NCBI RefSeq assembly: GCF_018977255.1
Contig: NW_024704742.1
Span: 95,854,001-95,918,000, forward strand
Source: Callorhinchus milii
Taxonomy: Eukaryota
Length of the DNA stretch: 64,000 nucleotides
Reading direction: 5' to 3'
The notes under the pieces are model-generated. The model made no database searches and was not told the DNA's origin. It saw only the letters and a program-made list of their open reading frames with translations. A program made the position numbers and the translations under genes. Below are positions 40,166 through 51,700 of this stretch, piece after piece. Each line of letters starts with the position of its first letter. The stretch's first letter is position 1.

Positions 40166-40739
40166 AATCCCTCAGCCTTAAGAACTTTCCAAAAATCTGC
40201 AATATTAAGGAAATCAATAGCCCACCATTAAGAAAGTTATATATTTCTGCCCCATCTTAAATTTTAAGATGAAATGGTTGAACAAACTCAGGTGAGACAG
40301 AATTTCAAGCCTCCTATGTTAAATTCGATGAGAAAAGGCTTGATTAACAGGTCAATAATCATTTGATGTACCATCTTGTTGTATCTGGAGAACTCTCCTT
40401 TTGCTTGTAACTCCCTACAATTAGATTTTAGATCTGAATTTTTTTGCCGTCTTAGCCTTCAAAACTATTTTGCACAGAATTGTGGAAAAGTTTCAGATTC
40501 CGTTTTAATTTAGAAACCAGTTTTGCAACATTCTTAAAAGGAAACCAGCTTCCAAATTAAGACTGAGTTTAAGAAATGTCGACAATTTTGCTTATCTTAG
40601 GATAATTTTAAAATTATCTTATAGGTTAAGCAACGGTGGCAAGCTTCTTTCTCTCATTGATAAATTGTGATACCGAATGAGGCAACACAAATCAAAATAA
40701 ACCTAAATGTGCCCTCAGACAATAACAAAAATACATGGT

Positions 40740-40930
40740 ACAATAACAAAATTATATTTGTATCGCGCCTTTCACGTTGGGAGGACGTTCCAAGGCACTC
40801 GACACTTGGACTTCCCAAGGCACTGGAGTTCCACAGAGCAGGAGCAAATATGTTGAAAGCCAGAACATCGATGGTGAGGCGAGTTGGGTGGGGAACGTGA
40901 AGCAGGCCAGTGCCCACTGAGTGGAGTAAG
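40740..40930 (-). mobile_element. L2 3' fragment
   Basis: GCGCCTTTCACGTTGGGAGGACGTTCCAAGGCAC; GGAGTTCCACAG...GGGAACGTGAAGCAGGCC. Confidence 0.75.
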
Positions 40931-41239
40931 AAAACTTGCCTGACTTGCTACTGGTAGTATTTCTGGATGATCTGCAACTTGTGGAGCGAAGAGTTGGGAA
41001 ATCCAGCAAGTAAGAGACAAATATACAACAACAGGTATACAATAGTGTGCAGAGTTATTAGTTATTAATGACTGGTAATTTTTGTGTCAGAATTGATATC
41101 ATTCAGTGTCCACATTACTTACATGCCAGGAATAAAGATCTGTAATGATGAGGAAACTTGCACAACAGACTGTTTATTCAGGTAGGTGTGGACTGAAAGC
41201 AAACACTATTTCGGGCTGATTCTTCTGACTATTCTTTTT

Positions 41240-41760
41240 GGTCAGCTGGGTATCTGACAATTGCAAAACACATCATCATACTTTTTTTTCCAAACCAGAT
41301 TGAGAGTTTTACATACGTATGCCACCTACACACGGAATGTTTCCTGTATCTAGAATGGAATATGCACTCTCTCCTTGGAGGTATGTACCCTGCTTAGCTA
41401 ATTCCAGAAACCATTACACACTGGTTGGTGAGGCCAAAGCATGGGGTCCCTAGAATGTGCGTTGGGGTACTGCTGGAGTCTAATCACCTAAATCTGCATA
41501 GCTTGCCATTGGAAGCGTCATCTGGCAAGCTTTCCATTGCATTCTGGGATGCAACCTTACGTGAGGGCTGCCATATAAATGCAAGTTGTTGTTGTTGCTT
41601 GTCCTGCTGGGACCACTCTGCCCAGTAGAGCTTTGGATTGCAGGGTTAACGGGAGCCAAGTGGGAAGAATCCTTACGCAGTTTGCCCCCCCAAATCCTGC
41701 AATTAGCCGCTGGCTGGTCTGTTATCAGCAGGGACCTGAAGTATTGTGGACCCACCTGGC
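41240..41760 (+). repeat. Family D copy (longest), with a short L2 tail inserted at about 41540-41597
   Basis: Shared blocks GCCACCTACAC, GAATGGAATATGCACTCTCT, CCTGCTTA and GCAGGGTTAACGGGAGCCAAG. Confidence 0.65.
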
Positions 41761-42816
41761 TCAGGAAATGGACAACTGAAGGTACCACAGATGTTTGACT
41801 CAATTCCAACATTCTGTTGCCAAGCATGTTACCTTGGAGCTAGCTCAGCTGCCAGTAAACCCTACTTACCTCTCCACCACAAAGAGCATAAGAGCTAAAT
41901 CCTTTGACATGTGACTTGTTATTGCATAAGCATAGGTATAGGCTGCATTTTCAGGATACACACCTTCTCTTCAATTGACATTGAAAATTAGTCCTTGTAT
42001 TACTACAGTACATCCTTTTTGCTAAGCTTGCAATATGTGTTATATGGGTTTAAAATTGATTTTTATAAAATGAACATCACTGTGCCAAAAGCAAATTTCT
42101 GAATTATGAATAAAATTGCCAGATGCACTATGAAATTCAATTTAAAATTCCCTCCAAAATTAGGAAAATATTTCTGAAAGCTAAAACCTTCTGGCTGGCA
42201 ATAATGGCATTTCGATTTTGGGCTGTTTATTGGCAGAGAGTAAACCCAAAAATTCGGACTAAAGGGTTGGAAACAAAATGTTGGTTCCAAAGAGGCTTTA
42301 GTAGGGCTTCTGGTTAGAGTTTTGTTTCCAGATTTTTTTCTCTTGATACTTTTAACAAATTAACATAATAATAAATCATGCAAGTTTATTCGCAACCAGG
42401 AAGTCTGTATTAATGCAGAAACTTCCTGTTTGCGAATACCTCATTTTTTGCCTCATTGTTACTTTATTGCTGCTACTTATCAAGTAGTAGAAAAATGACT
42501 TTGAAGGGTGCAACACACAAAATAGCTTGTTCATGACTCCAGACTACATAAGTCACTTACTTGTCGAGCGTGTGAGTTATGCAGGCTGGCGTCACTCTGT
42601 GAGTTATTTTGCAAATGCTGCAGCCTTGTCTGGTTATTATATGCTTATTATTTATGATCTGAAAAATACCTCTTCACATTCCTGCATCTCGGTTAGTTAT
42701 TTGCAACCAGGAAGTAATCCTGCTGATGGTGTGTGGCCTTGTGCTACGCGGGTGATGATAGTTGCATACAATTTACCACTGCAGCAAGAAAATGAAGTCT
42801 AGTGTGCAGTATTTTA

Positions 42817-43215
42817 GGTGTCAGCCTGGCTCAGTTGGCAGCATGCTTGCCTCTTAGTGTAAAGGTTGTAGGTTCACAATCCCATGTCAGGACTTTGAAC
42901 TCATAGTTTAGGCTAACACTCCAATGTAATGTTGGGGGTACTCTCATTGTCAGAGGAGCCATGTATTCAGATGAGACATTACATTGAGGCCCCATTTGTC
43001 TTTCAAGTGGATGTTAAAGATTCCATGGCACTGTTCAAAAAGTGAAGGGAGTTTCTCTGGGTCAACAAACCCCCAAATAAAATTGGTCATTCATGTCATA
43101 GTTGTTTGTGGGACATTGCTGTGTGCAAATTGTAAATCCTGTGAAGCACTTTCACACATCATCCAAAGTGAAGGTGCTATATCAAATGTAAAGCTTATTA
43201 TTCATTATTATTATT
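42817..43215 (+). mobile_element. Family B SacSINE1-like SINE, near full length
   Basis: AGGTGTCAGCCTGGCTCAGTTGGCAGC head, Deu core, tail GGTGCTATATCAAATGTAAAG plus (ATT)n. Confidence 0.85.
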
Positions 43216-43689
43216 TTTATTATTTCTTAATGAGGTTTTTTAAACAATAAATCTTGTCAGAATTCCCCATGACTCACTGGAACTCTGCTCAGGAGGTGGT
43301 TGGAGCAGAGTCCCCGTGGGTCAGCGTGGTATAATTCCAATTTCCGGAAGCAGCCAGGATTCCTTATTAAAAATTGCTGATAAGTGATACTGCATGTTGG
43401 CTTCCATTGTGTGGCTACAGTCAGAAGCACTCATTTGGAAAGCCCGAGGTCTAGATAACAATTCAGCTCATGACACTGCAAAGTGCTCAGTGTACTCTCC
43501 TTGAGTTCAGGCGTGACATCTTCACACCGTGGCTCAGTGATTCCAATCCCACATTCCGCCACGCCCTAGTGGTGATTCCAAATTTCATGCTGGCTGCTGA
43601 AGTACTGAGTGAAGTGAGAGGTTGAGTACGTAAGACAAAAACAATGATGGGAGAAAAAATTTCTTCTGCCATAATGAAGACTGGTACTG

Positions 43690-44760
43690 TTACATACTTC
43701 AGGGACTCGATCCTCTACTTGATAATTATGAATTCATTCAGCTACTGTACAAAATATAGCAGTGCTGGTGGTTTACATTATATTGACACTGTTCAATTAA
43801 TATTCATTAGTGTTACAAGTGAATCGTTGTTTATTCTGCGTCTTTGCAGCAATTAAAATGTGGAATCACATTTTAATTCCGCACAGTATAATTTTCACTT
43901 TTTATGTGGTGAGGAATGTGTTGCTTCATTGCAAACTGTAATTCACACTTTGCACTCAGAGAAATGAGGACTGAATCTTAAATACAATTATGATTATGTT
44001 CCAGATGCGATTTTTCAATCATTTTGGCAGCATTCATATTCAATGGTGCAGCTTATTGCATTCACGCTGGCAAGAAATACATTCCTTTGATTATTAATTC
44101 AGCTCATGCGGTTTAATTGGACAAGACTGGAGTGAATTTGACAAACATCACAGCAAAAGAAAAGGCAATCACTCTTTCAAGAAGGAAATTTGTTTGATGT
44201 CTCACTGTGTAACTCATTTACTCTCCTTAGGAGTCACATGATTTGAATGTTAATCGACCAATGATTGGTTTTTCGTCTTAGGATCACGTGAACTGAATAT
44301 TAATCACCTGGCACTTTGTTTCACTGCTGTTATGCAACCCTGTGTTTGACTGTCAAGGTAATATAGGCAGATAAGTGGGTGCTTGATGAGCACTTGACAG
44401 AACTTCACAGAAAATTAAAGCCTTAAAATAGCATGAAAAAGTCTTGTCAAATCAAGCATGATTATCGCTGAACGCTTAAGGAATTCATCATCTGCATAAA
44501 ATTAATATACCTCAGAGCAGACAAGTCTGGCAGTCAGCAGAGACTCATCTAGTTTTTTATTTATATGTGTTCACCAAATCACATTAATTCCAAGAGCTGA
44601 AATTCACTGAGGATGAAGGTTATTTTCTGTTCAATCTAATTTATCTGTGACAATAATCATTACTAATAATGTGTCAAATTGAATCGTAGCCAATTTTGCA
44701 TGCGCGCTGATTTGGAGAGCAGTGCTAAGCCAACCCTGGGTAATTAACCATTGGCATAGC
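43690..44760. promoter_or_regulatory. Candidate conserved non-coding element / enhancer block
   Basis: Repeat-free and AT-rich, with dense TAAT/ATTA, TGACA(G), E-box and TCF-like motifs; inferred from composition only. Confidence 0.45.
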
Positions 44761-46123
44761 TGTACAAAACTGAGAGCAGGGGACCTGCACAGCTGAACAT
44801 TCAAATGTGTTAGAACTATTTAAAGGTCTTGTGTCCTTAGGAATTTCAAGGAAATTCTTGATCACAGTCACTTGGGTATTGCATACACGTTCCTGCTGAT
44901 TTACTGCTAAAGCCTATCTGTGCTAGGGAGAGAGCGAGAGAGAGAAAAAACAATAACTTGTATGAAGCTTATTGTAAAGCTTTTATAGTCCTGTGTGGAG
45001 GTGACCCAGAAACAATCTGCTGCTATCATTATTGCATTTATAACCTACCCTGCTGGTGAAGTGCATCCGCTTTTTAGATTTTCAACTGCGAAGATAATTA
45101 TCTGGATAGGTTTTTTTCCCCCTTTAATTGATTTAGCGCCTGTTTTCCTCGTCTGCACATCTTTTGAGCCAACTCCGAGCAAGAGGCAATCTGTGGACAG
45201 AGAGCAATGTAGGAATTTACCACCAGATGGGTTTTCCATTGCTTTCAATGGGACTCCTGCCACGGTTCTGTTACAACTAATAGACACAGCACTACCACTC
45301 CCAAATAGATATGCAGACTGTTCCTCTGGGGTGGTTGTGAAACACCTGGTCAATATGTCTGAAATATGAGAGCTGGCGTGTTTTTCACATAAGTACATGC
45401 AAAGTGAACTCACTTGTTCACCCACCCCAGCCCACAAAAGGATACTGGAATTACAGAAAAGTATTATTTCCTATATTGCAATGTGTTTTTTAATGTAGAA
45501 TGATTTCATTTTTTTAAAAATTCACCACTGAGACTGTCCAGATGGATCACAATGATTTTTCTCATCCTGTAGACTCCTATGTTGCAATTACTCAGCATTA
45601 ACGCATTCCCCTCCCACCACAATTCTCCACTGCTGTGAAAATGATGACAATGATGGACAACCCTTAACTTATTTTGAATTGATGATGGAAATCACTATTT
45701 TCTATGCACCCAGGACAGCTAATTCATGGTGTAGGAGGATATGTTTCTCCTGATGGACCTTATAGAGTGTTAAAGATATCAACAACAACTTGCATTAATA
45801 TAGGTCCGTCCCACTGGATGGCACCTCGGAGCACTTCATTTTTTAAAAAAAAACATAATAAAATATTGATTCAAAGTACCAGATATTTGCAGCATTGAAC
45901 AGGTCAGGGAGTGGAAATCTGACTAATCAGAAATGCCAGGTAAAATCTACACCAAAATCACAGCGTTAAAGTCTCCAAACTTGCAAACCTTTCTCAGAAA
46001 AGATAATGTGAACACAGGGAAAGTTTAACTGCTAACTAAGTGTTCCCGATAGCTAGAACATCTCTCAGTATAAAAACGGTAATCAAATTATACTCAACAT
46101 TGGGCAAAACAAACATATATGAT

Positions 46124-47167
46124 GTCTCGTGTGGCGTTCCTCAGGGCTCTGTCCTTGGTCCCCTCCTTTTCAATATCTATATGCTCCCTCTTGGTGACAT
46201 CATCCGCAGACATGGGGTCAACTTCCACATTTATGAGGATGACACCCAACTCTACCTCTCTGCCTCCACCCTTGACTCCAGGACCACTGCTGTCCTAACA
46301 GAATGTCTGTCAGACGTCAAGTCCTGGATGAGAGCTAACTTCCTTCAGTTGAAAGTCAACAAGCGCCTCTTCTCCTCAGGCGCTGACAAGCATTACCATC
46401 CATGGTTGAACAATCCACCTTATTAAGCCAGTCCGGAACCTTGGTGTCTTGTTTGACTCTCAACTATCCCTCAACTACCCCACATTTGCACCATGACCCG
46501 CTCTGGCTTCCCTCACCTCTGTAATATCACCCGGCTCCACCACTGTCTCACACCCCAGGCTGCCGAAACCCTCATACATGCTTTCATTACATTGAGGTTT
46601 GACTATGCAATCTCATTGCTTGTCGGCTTCCCCAATTCCTCCCTCCATAGGCTGCAGATCATCCAGAAATCTGCAGCCCGTATCCTCTCCCACACTAGGC
46701 TCCGTGATTCTATCACACGCATCCTCGCCTGACTCCACTGGCTTTCCATCACACAGAGGTCCTGGTCCTCACCTTCAAAGCCCTCCATGGTCTTGCTCCC
46801 CCCTACCTCTGCGACCTCCTAACCCCCTACCATCCTGCTCGCTCCCTCCACTCAGCGGGCTCCAGCCTGCTTTACGTCCCCCACCTCGCTTGCCCCACTA
46901 TTGGTGGGCGGGCCGTCTGCCACTCTGCCCCCCACCCTCTGGAACTCCATCCCGCAGTCTCTCCACCTCACCCCCTCCCTTGCCTTCTTCGAGCCCAATT
47001 TCAAGACCCTCCTCTTTGACCGTGGTTTCGATCTTCCTGCCTCCCCCTGCCCGCCACCCTCCCAAACCCCGACACCCAGCTCGGGTCCGAAACTCTGTCT
47101 GTCCAGTGCCTTGAGACGTTCTCCCGATGTGAAAGGCGCTATACAAATGTAATTTTGTTGTTGTTGT
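46124..47167 (+). mobile_element. 5'-truncated L2 LINE (RT domain through 3' end), decayed
   Basis: [17 protein letters not shown]...YEDDTQLY (catalytic YADD motif altered); stops and frameshifts; (TTG)n tail. Confidence 0.95.
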
Positions 47168-47470
47168 ATATGCGACCCATATAAGGCGCTAGATGAATCA
47201 GAGTTGCAAATGAGAATAAATCATTGCATTCCTGTCAGCAGACCATGCTGCCTAAGGTACGTAAAGTGTAAGTAAGTAATGGGTAAAAGGTTATTCGAAG
47301 CATTGAATGGCTTCCTAATATGTAGATTATAAATTCATTAGTGCACATACTGAACAAAAGATACCCAGATGGGAGCAAATTTCGCCCACAAAACACACAG
47401 GCAAATCACTTTATAGTATATCTTTGAAGAGCTTTGAGACGTCTCGATGAGTTGCAAGGATTATTATTAT

Positions 47471-47800
47471 GTGGAGTCCTGTAGCTCAGTGGTTAGAGCA
47501 CTCGCTTTGCAAGTGAGAGACCTGAGTTCAATTCCAGGCAGGGCGAAACCTTGGGCAAGTTTCCTTACTCCACACAGAGCCCTAATAATAATCCCTCCAA
47601 AACCAAAAACAATAATAAATTGGTCATTTTCAATCCACGACTGTTTGTGGGACATTGCTGTGCGCAATTAGCTGCCGCGTTCGCCCACAAATATACAGTC
47701 AATTCACTTTACAGTATATTCTGTGAAGCGCTTTGGGACGTCCTCCCGACGTGAAAAGCGCTATATCAAATGCAAGGATTATTATTATTATTATTATTAT
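47471..47800 (+). mobile_element. SINE family A, short form, full length and young
   Basis: tRNA-like head with A box TAGCTCAGTGG and B box GAGTTCAATTCC; perfect 3' stem-loop at 47727-47762; (ATT)n tail. Confidence 0.92.
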
Positions 47801-47909
47801 GTGCCACGATTGCCGCCATTGCATTTTGGAAAAGTCACTATTTTTCTCCGATTAAATGCTTAACATTTTCTTCTAATGCTATGGCTTGTCAAATATTTCA
47901 TGTTCATTT

Positions 47910-48210
47910 AGAATCATAGAATCCTACAGCACAGAAGGAGGCCATTCAGCCCATTGTGCCTGTGCTGGTTCTGTGCAGCCCAATTAGTCCCACTCTCCGC
48001 TCTTTTCCCATAGCATTGAAATTTTTTTCTTTTCAAGTAAATATCCAATTCCCTTTTGAAGGTTATTAATGAATCTGCATTCACCACACTTTCAGGCAGT
48101 GCATTCCAGATCGTAACAGTTCACTGCGTAACAAAAATTCTCCTCATCTCGCCTCTGGTTCTTTGGCCATTGTCTTGAATCTGTGTCCTCTGGTTACCGA
48201 CCCACCCACT
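47910..48210 (-). mobile_element. CR1-type LINE 3' end
   Basis: TAGAATCATAGAATCCTACAGCACAGAAGGAGGCCATTCAGCCC...GGCAGTGCATTCCAGATC...TGTCCTCTGGTT (RTRGH-like motif on the minus strand). Confidence 0.8.
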
Positions 48211-48439
48211 GGTGGAGTGTTGGGGTTGTGATGTGATAATTATCAGCAGTGGAAAATTCAGTCATCTCAGTAGTTGTAGCAATTGACTATTGATGAAACC
48301 ATTGGAACAAAGTTGTGGTGGGGGGGAGGTGGTGGAGTGTTCCCCCACAGCAGTTATTGATGGGGTAGTTACAGTGAGTAGAATGTCCCACGATGTGATA
48401 TATTATCACTGGTGCTATTTAGCACATCACATGACTGCT

Positions 48440-48810
48440 TCTGTCCTATTGGTTCCTATAACCCTGCAACACAAAGCAATTGTGGTTAGGGTGGTCCTAG
48501 TTGGACAAGCAGCAGGAAGCACTCAACGGCAAGCTATGTGGTTTTAGCTGGTTGAACTACTGCAGTACCACTATGCATACTCTCAGGTCCCCAAGCCTCG
48601 GCTCTTGTCAATCCTACATCTAATACCCCGGAATTAGGTAAGCCAGGGCTTGTCCCTCCAGGGAGAGTGCGGCTTCCATTCCAGACACAGGAAAATTTCA
48701 ATATGTGTGTGGCATTTGAGGCATAAGTGGAAGTCTCAGTCTAGTTTGGATACTCATAAGCATGGTGATGAGTTTCTGCATGTTTCAGATACCTGAGTGG
48801 CCAATAAATA
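48440..48810 (-). repeat. Family D copy
   Basis: Reverse complement aligns with the 13750, 41240 and 57195 copies. Confidence 0.65.
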
Positions 48811-50483
48811 CATTTTGGACTGCGATAGCCCAAGGTTCAGTAATCTATCAATAACTTCAGTAATGTCTCAGAGGTTCAGGCATGTAAATGGGCGAGGTCC
48901 TCGAAGGTGACTGGCTACCTTGGAATCGTACTTTAGGAGAAGGATAACAAAGTACCTCATCTTCTGGAGAGAAGAAAATTGGAAGCGAAAAAAAAACTCC
49001 ATGTTTAGAGAGCCTCCAAGGCAGCAGAAAATCATAAATTTTCTTTCTTAATTGATTTCTAGAAACCATTAAGTGCCTTAATTGCTGTTTTCAACAATGT
49101 TGTCACAAGCCACTATTTACTTGTACCACGAGGTAGAAGATTGCAAGTCCTATTTTAAACAGTCCAAATGTCCATTTCCTGCTGCGGCTATTCAGGCGGA
49201 CATTTTACTGGCAAGGCAATCTAGTAAAGTGATGGCTTTACTGGACAAGAAGCTGTGATGCTGTTAGGAATAAACAATGCATCTCACAGGCTCAGTTAAA
49301 CCACACATGTGGTTTAGTCATCAGGGTGCAATTACTTTCCAACTTCTCACACTGGACATTTAAAGATATTCAATCTGCAGGATCAAGGTGACATTAACAA
49401 AGGAATGACCAAAGGTAAAGAAAATTGAATATAAAAATAGTAATTGCATAATAACTGGTGAGAGGCCTCATTTACTTAATAATAACAATAAAACTCTTTG
49501 ATTTTGCCATTTATCATGATGTCAAGATATTTCAAAGCATTTCACAGGATTTACTGAGTGTAGTGACTCCATTTTGTAGGCGAATGCATTCAAAATGAAT
49601 TTGTGCTTCCACAGGGTTCTAATCTAAGTTCATTGCAACCTTTGTGAATTATAGGAAACTATTTTAAAGTGTTTCAGTATGATTGTGTCAACTTTAAATA
49701 GTTTGCCTCAGGATTGGCGTGTCACATAATAGTCCCAAAGTCTGCAACAGCTATTGGGCATTGTAATTGGATAACCGGTTTAAGTTTAGGTACCTACGAT
49801 CAAACACAGTATTTATGAAAATATCTCTATCACCTCAATGAAAACTCCACTACATTTAAAAAATAGAGAAATATGTATATTATTAATGGCTAAAATCATA
49901 CCACTGTTTATGAAAAAATACTGCACTTGTTGCAACACAAATTAAAATCATATGCTGAGCACTAAATTTCCCCAGATCATCTGTGCAAAAGACATCTGGT
50001 TTGCAAAATCTTTAAAACTACTGAGCCGGGGAGGATCTGAAGGGGGGAGGGATTGACCAAAAGTATTCGCAAAGAGGCAAATCTGGATGTTGATGTAAAT
50101 TGTCGAGGAGTACAAGGTGTCATGTGAGATTTACCCAAAAGAAAATTTGCTTCATTTGAATGTGTTTTTCAATTGTGTAACAAAATTGCTATTTCCAGAA
50201 AATATATTTTACTAATTCTGTTTGGATTATCTGAATTAGAGTGAAACGACTTGTGAATACTGAAAACACCTATTGTTGTGACGTAGTGAATTGCTTTGTG
50301 CATCTGGGAGATGCAATCCAATTATAGCCCTATAATGGCTATACCTATTAGCATAAATTGTGGAGTTTCAAATCAATTAGAGGCAAGCAGGTCAGGATCA
50401 CCTAATAACCATGTTGCTAAGACTACAATGAGTATTAGGCCAAACTGTTATAACTACCAACAATCATTGTTAGAACAATGTTA

Positions 50484-50970
50484 AGACTTTGAACTCATAG
50501 TCTAGGTCAGTGGTGGCCAATCTTTAAGGTTGTCCAACAAAATAAATGTTCTTGATTGAGTATTACCTAGACTTGTGCGAATATTTGGGGGCTGCTTCTT
50601 GATGACCCCGCAGGCACAGATTGACCACTACTGGTCTAGGCTGGCAATCCAGTGGAGTGCTGGGAGTCTGTTGCATTGATGGAGGTGCTGACCTTTAGAT
50701 GAGATGTTAAACTGAGGTCCTATCTGACTGTTCAGCTGGACATTAAAGATCCCAATTTGAAAAGAGAACAGAGTTTCTCCCAATGTTCTGGCCAACAATA
50801 CCCCAAGTGAAATTGATAATTCACTTCATGGCTATTTGCGGAACATTGGTGTATACAAATTGCTTCCACAAAATACATTGTCTTTACACTTTACAGTAAA
50901 TCCTGTGAGGCACTTGGAGGTGTTTTGACAACATGACAAGTTGTTATATCAAATGCAAGAATTATTATTT
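50484..50970 (+). mobile_element. Family B SINE interrupted by a hAT MITE
   Basis: GACTTTGAACTCATAGTCTAGG | insert | CTGGCAATCCAGTG...GATGAGATGTTAAACTGAGGTCC. Confidence 0.8.
50508..50633. mobile_element. hAT (Charlie-type) MITE, 126 bp
   Basis: TIRs CAGTGGTGGCCAATC / GATTGACCACTACTG (13/15 match); 8-bp TSD GTCTAGGT / GTCTAGGC resembling the NTCTAGAN Charlie target. Confidence 0.8.
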
Positions 50971-51314
50971 ATAGTGAGCGAGGTGGAAGGTGGTGCAAAG
51001 AATCAAAGCAACTATTTAGAATTTAAAGTTAAAATCATGTGCATCAGATTCTAGCATGTCACCAATGCGGCCTATTAGAGCTGCTTGGAGTTTCAATACA
51101 ATAATCAATCTCCCAATGGGATTACATCCTCCTGACTTGAAAGGTCTCCACAAACAAGGGTTTAGCCAATCATGGGATGAAGGTAGCCAAGCGTTTAACT
51201 CAGTACGTGTTGTCATGGGAACTGCCAGCTGTTGGAAAGATCTTCAGTACATTTTTATTTCATGTTTTTTTAAAAAAATGAAATCTAAAACTTTCAACAT
51301 CAAAATTACTTTGG

Positions 51315-51700
51315 TGCCAGCTCTCGCCTCTGAGTCAGAAGGTTGTGGGTTTAAACTCCACATCTGGAATTTGAACTCACAGTTTATGCTGATACACCAA
51401 CACAGTGTTGGAGTGTGATGCATTATTGGAGGCACAGTGCTTCAGATGAGACATTAAACTAAGATCCCATCTGTCTATTCAGATGGGCATTAAAGATCCT
51501 ATTGCTTAAAAAGTGAAGGGATTTCCTCTTGGTGATTGGTCATTCACTTCATATCTGTTTGTGGGACATTGCTGTGTGCAAATTGGCTGCAGCCTTTGCC
51601 TACAAACCACACATTACTGTACTTTACAGTAAATCCTGCGAAGCTCTTTGAGACATCCTCCTGACATGAAAGGTGTTAACCAAATGCAAATATTATGTAT
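51315..51700 (+). mobile_element. Family B SINE
   Basis: CTCGCCTCTGAGTCAGAAGGTTGTGGG; Deu core; L2-type tail. Confidence 0.85.

Noticed and set aside
44995..45437. Overlapping 124-aa and 130-aa ORFs on opposite strands
   Set aside because: Non-ATG starts and no recognisable domain; more consistent with non-coding sequence.
47473..47545. tRNA-Ala(TGC) gene (also 63755 and 59371)
   Set aside because: The cloverleaf continues directly into a SINE body and tail, and copies are mutually diverged; these are SINE heads.
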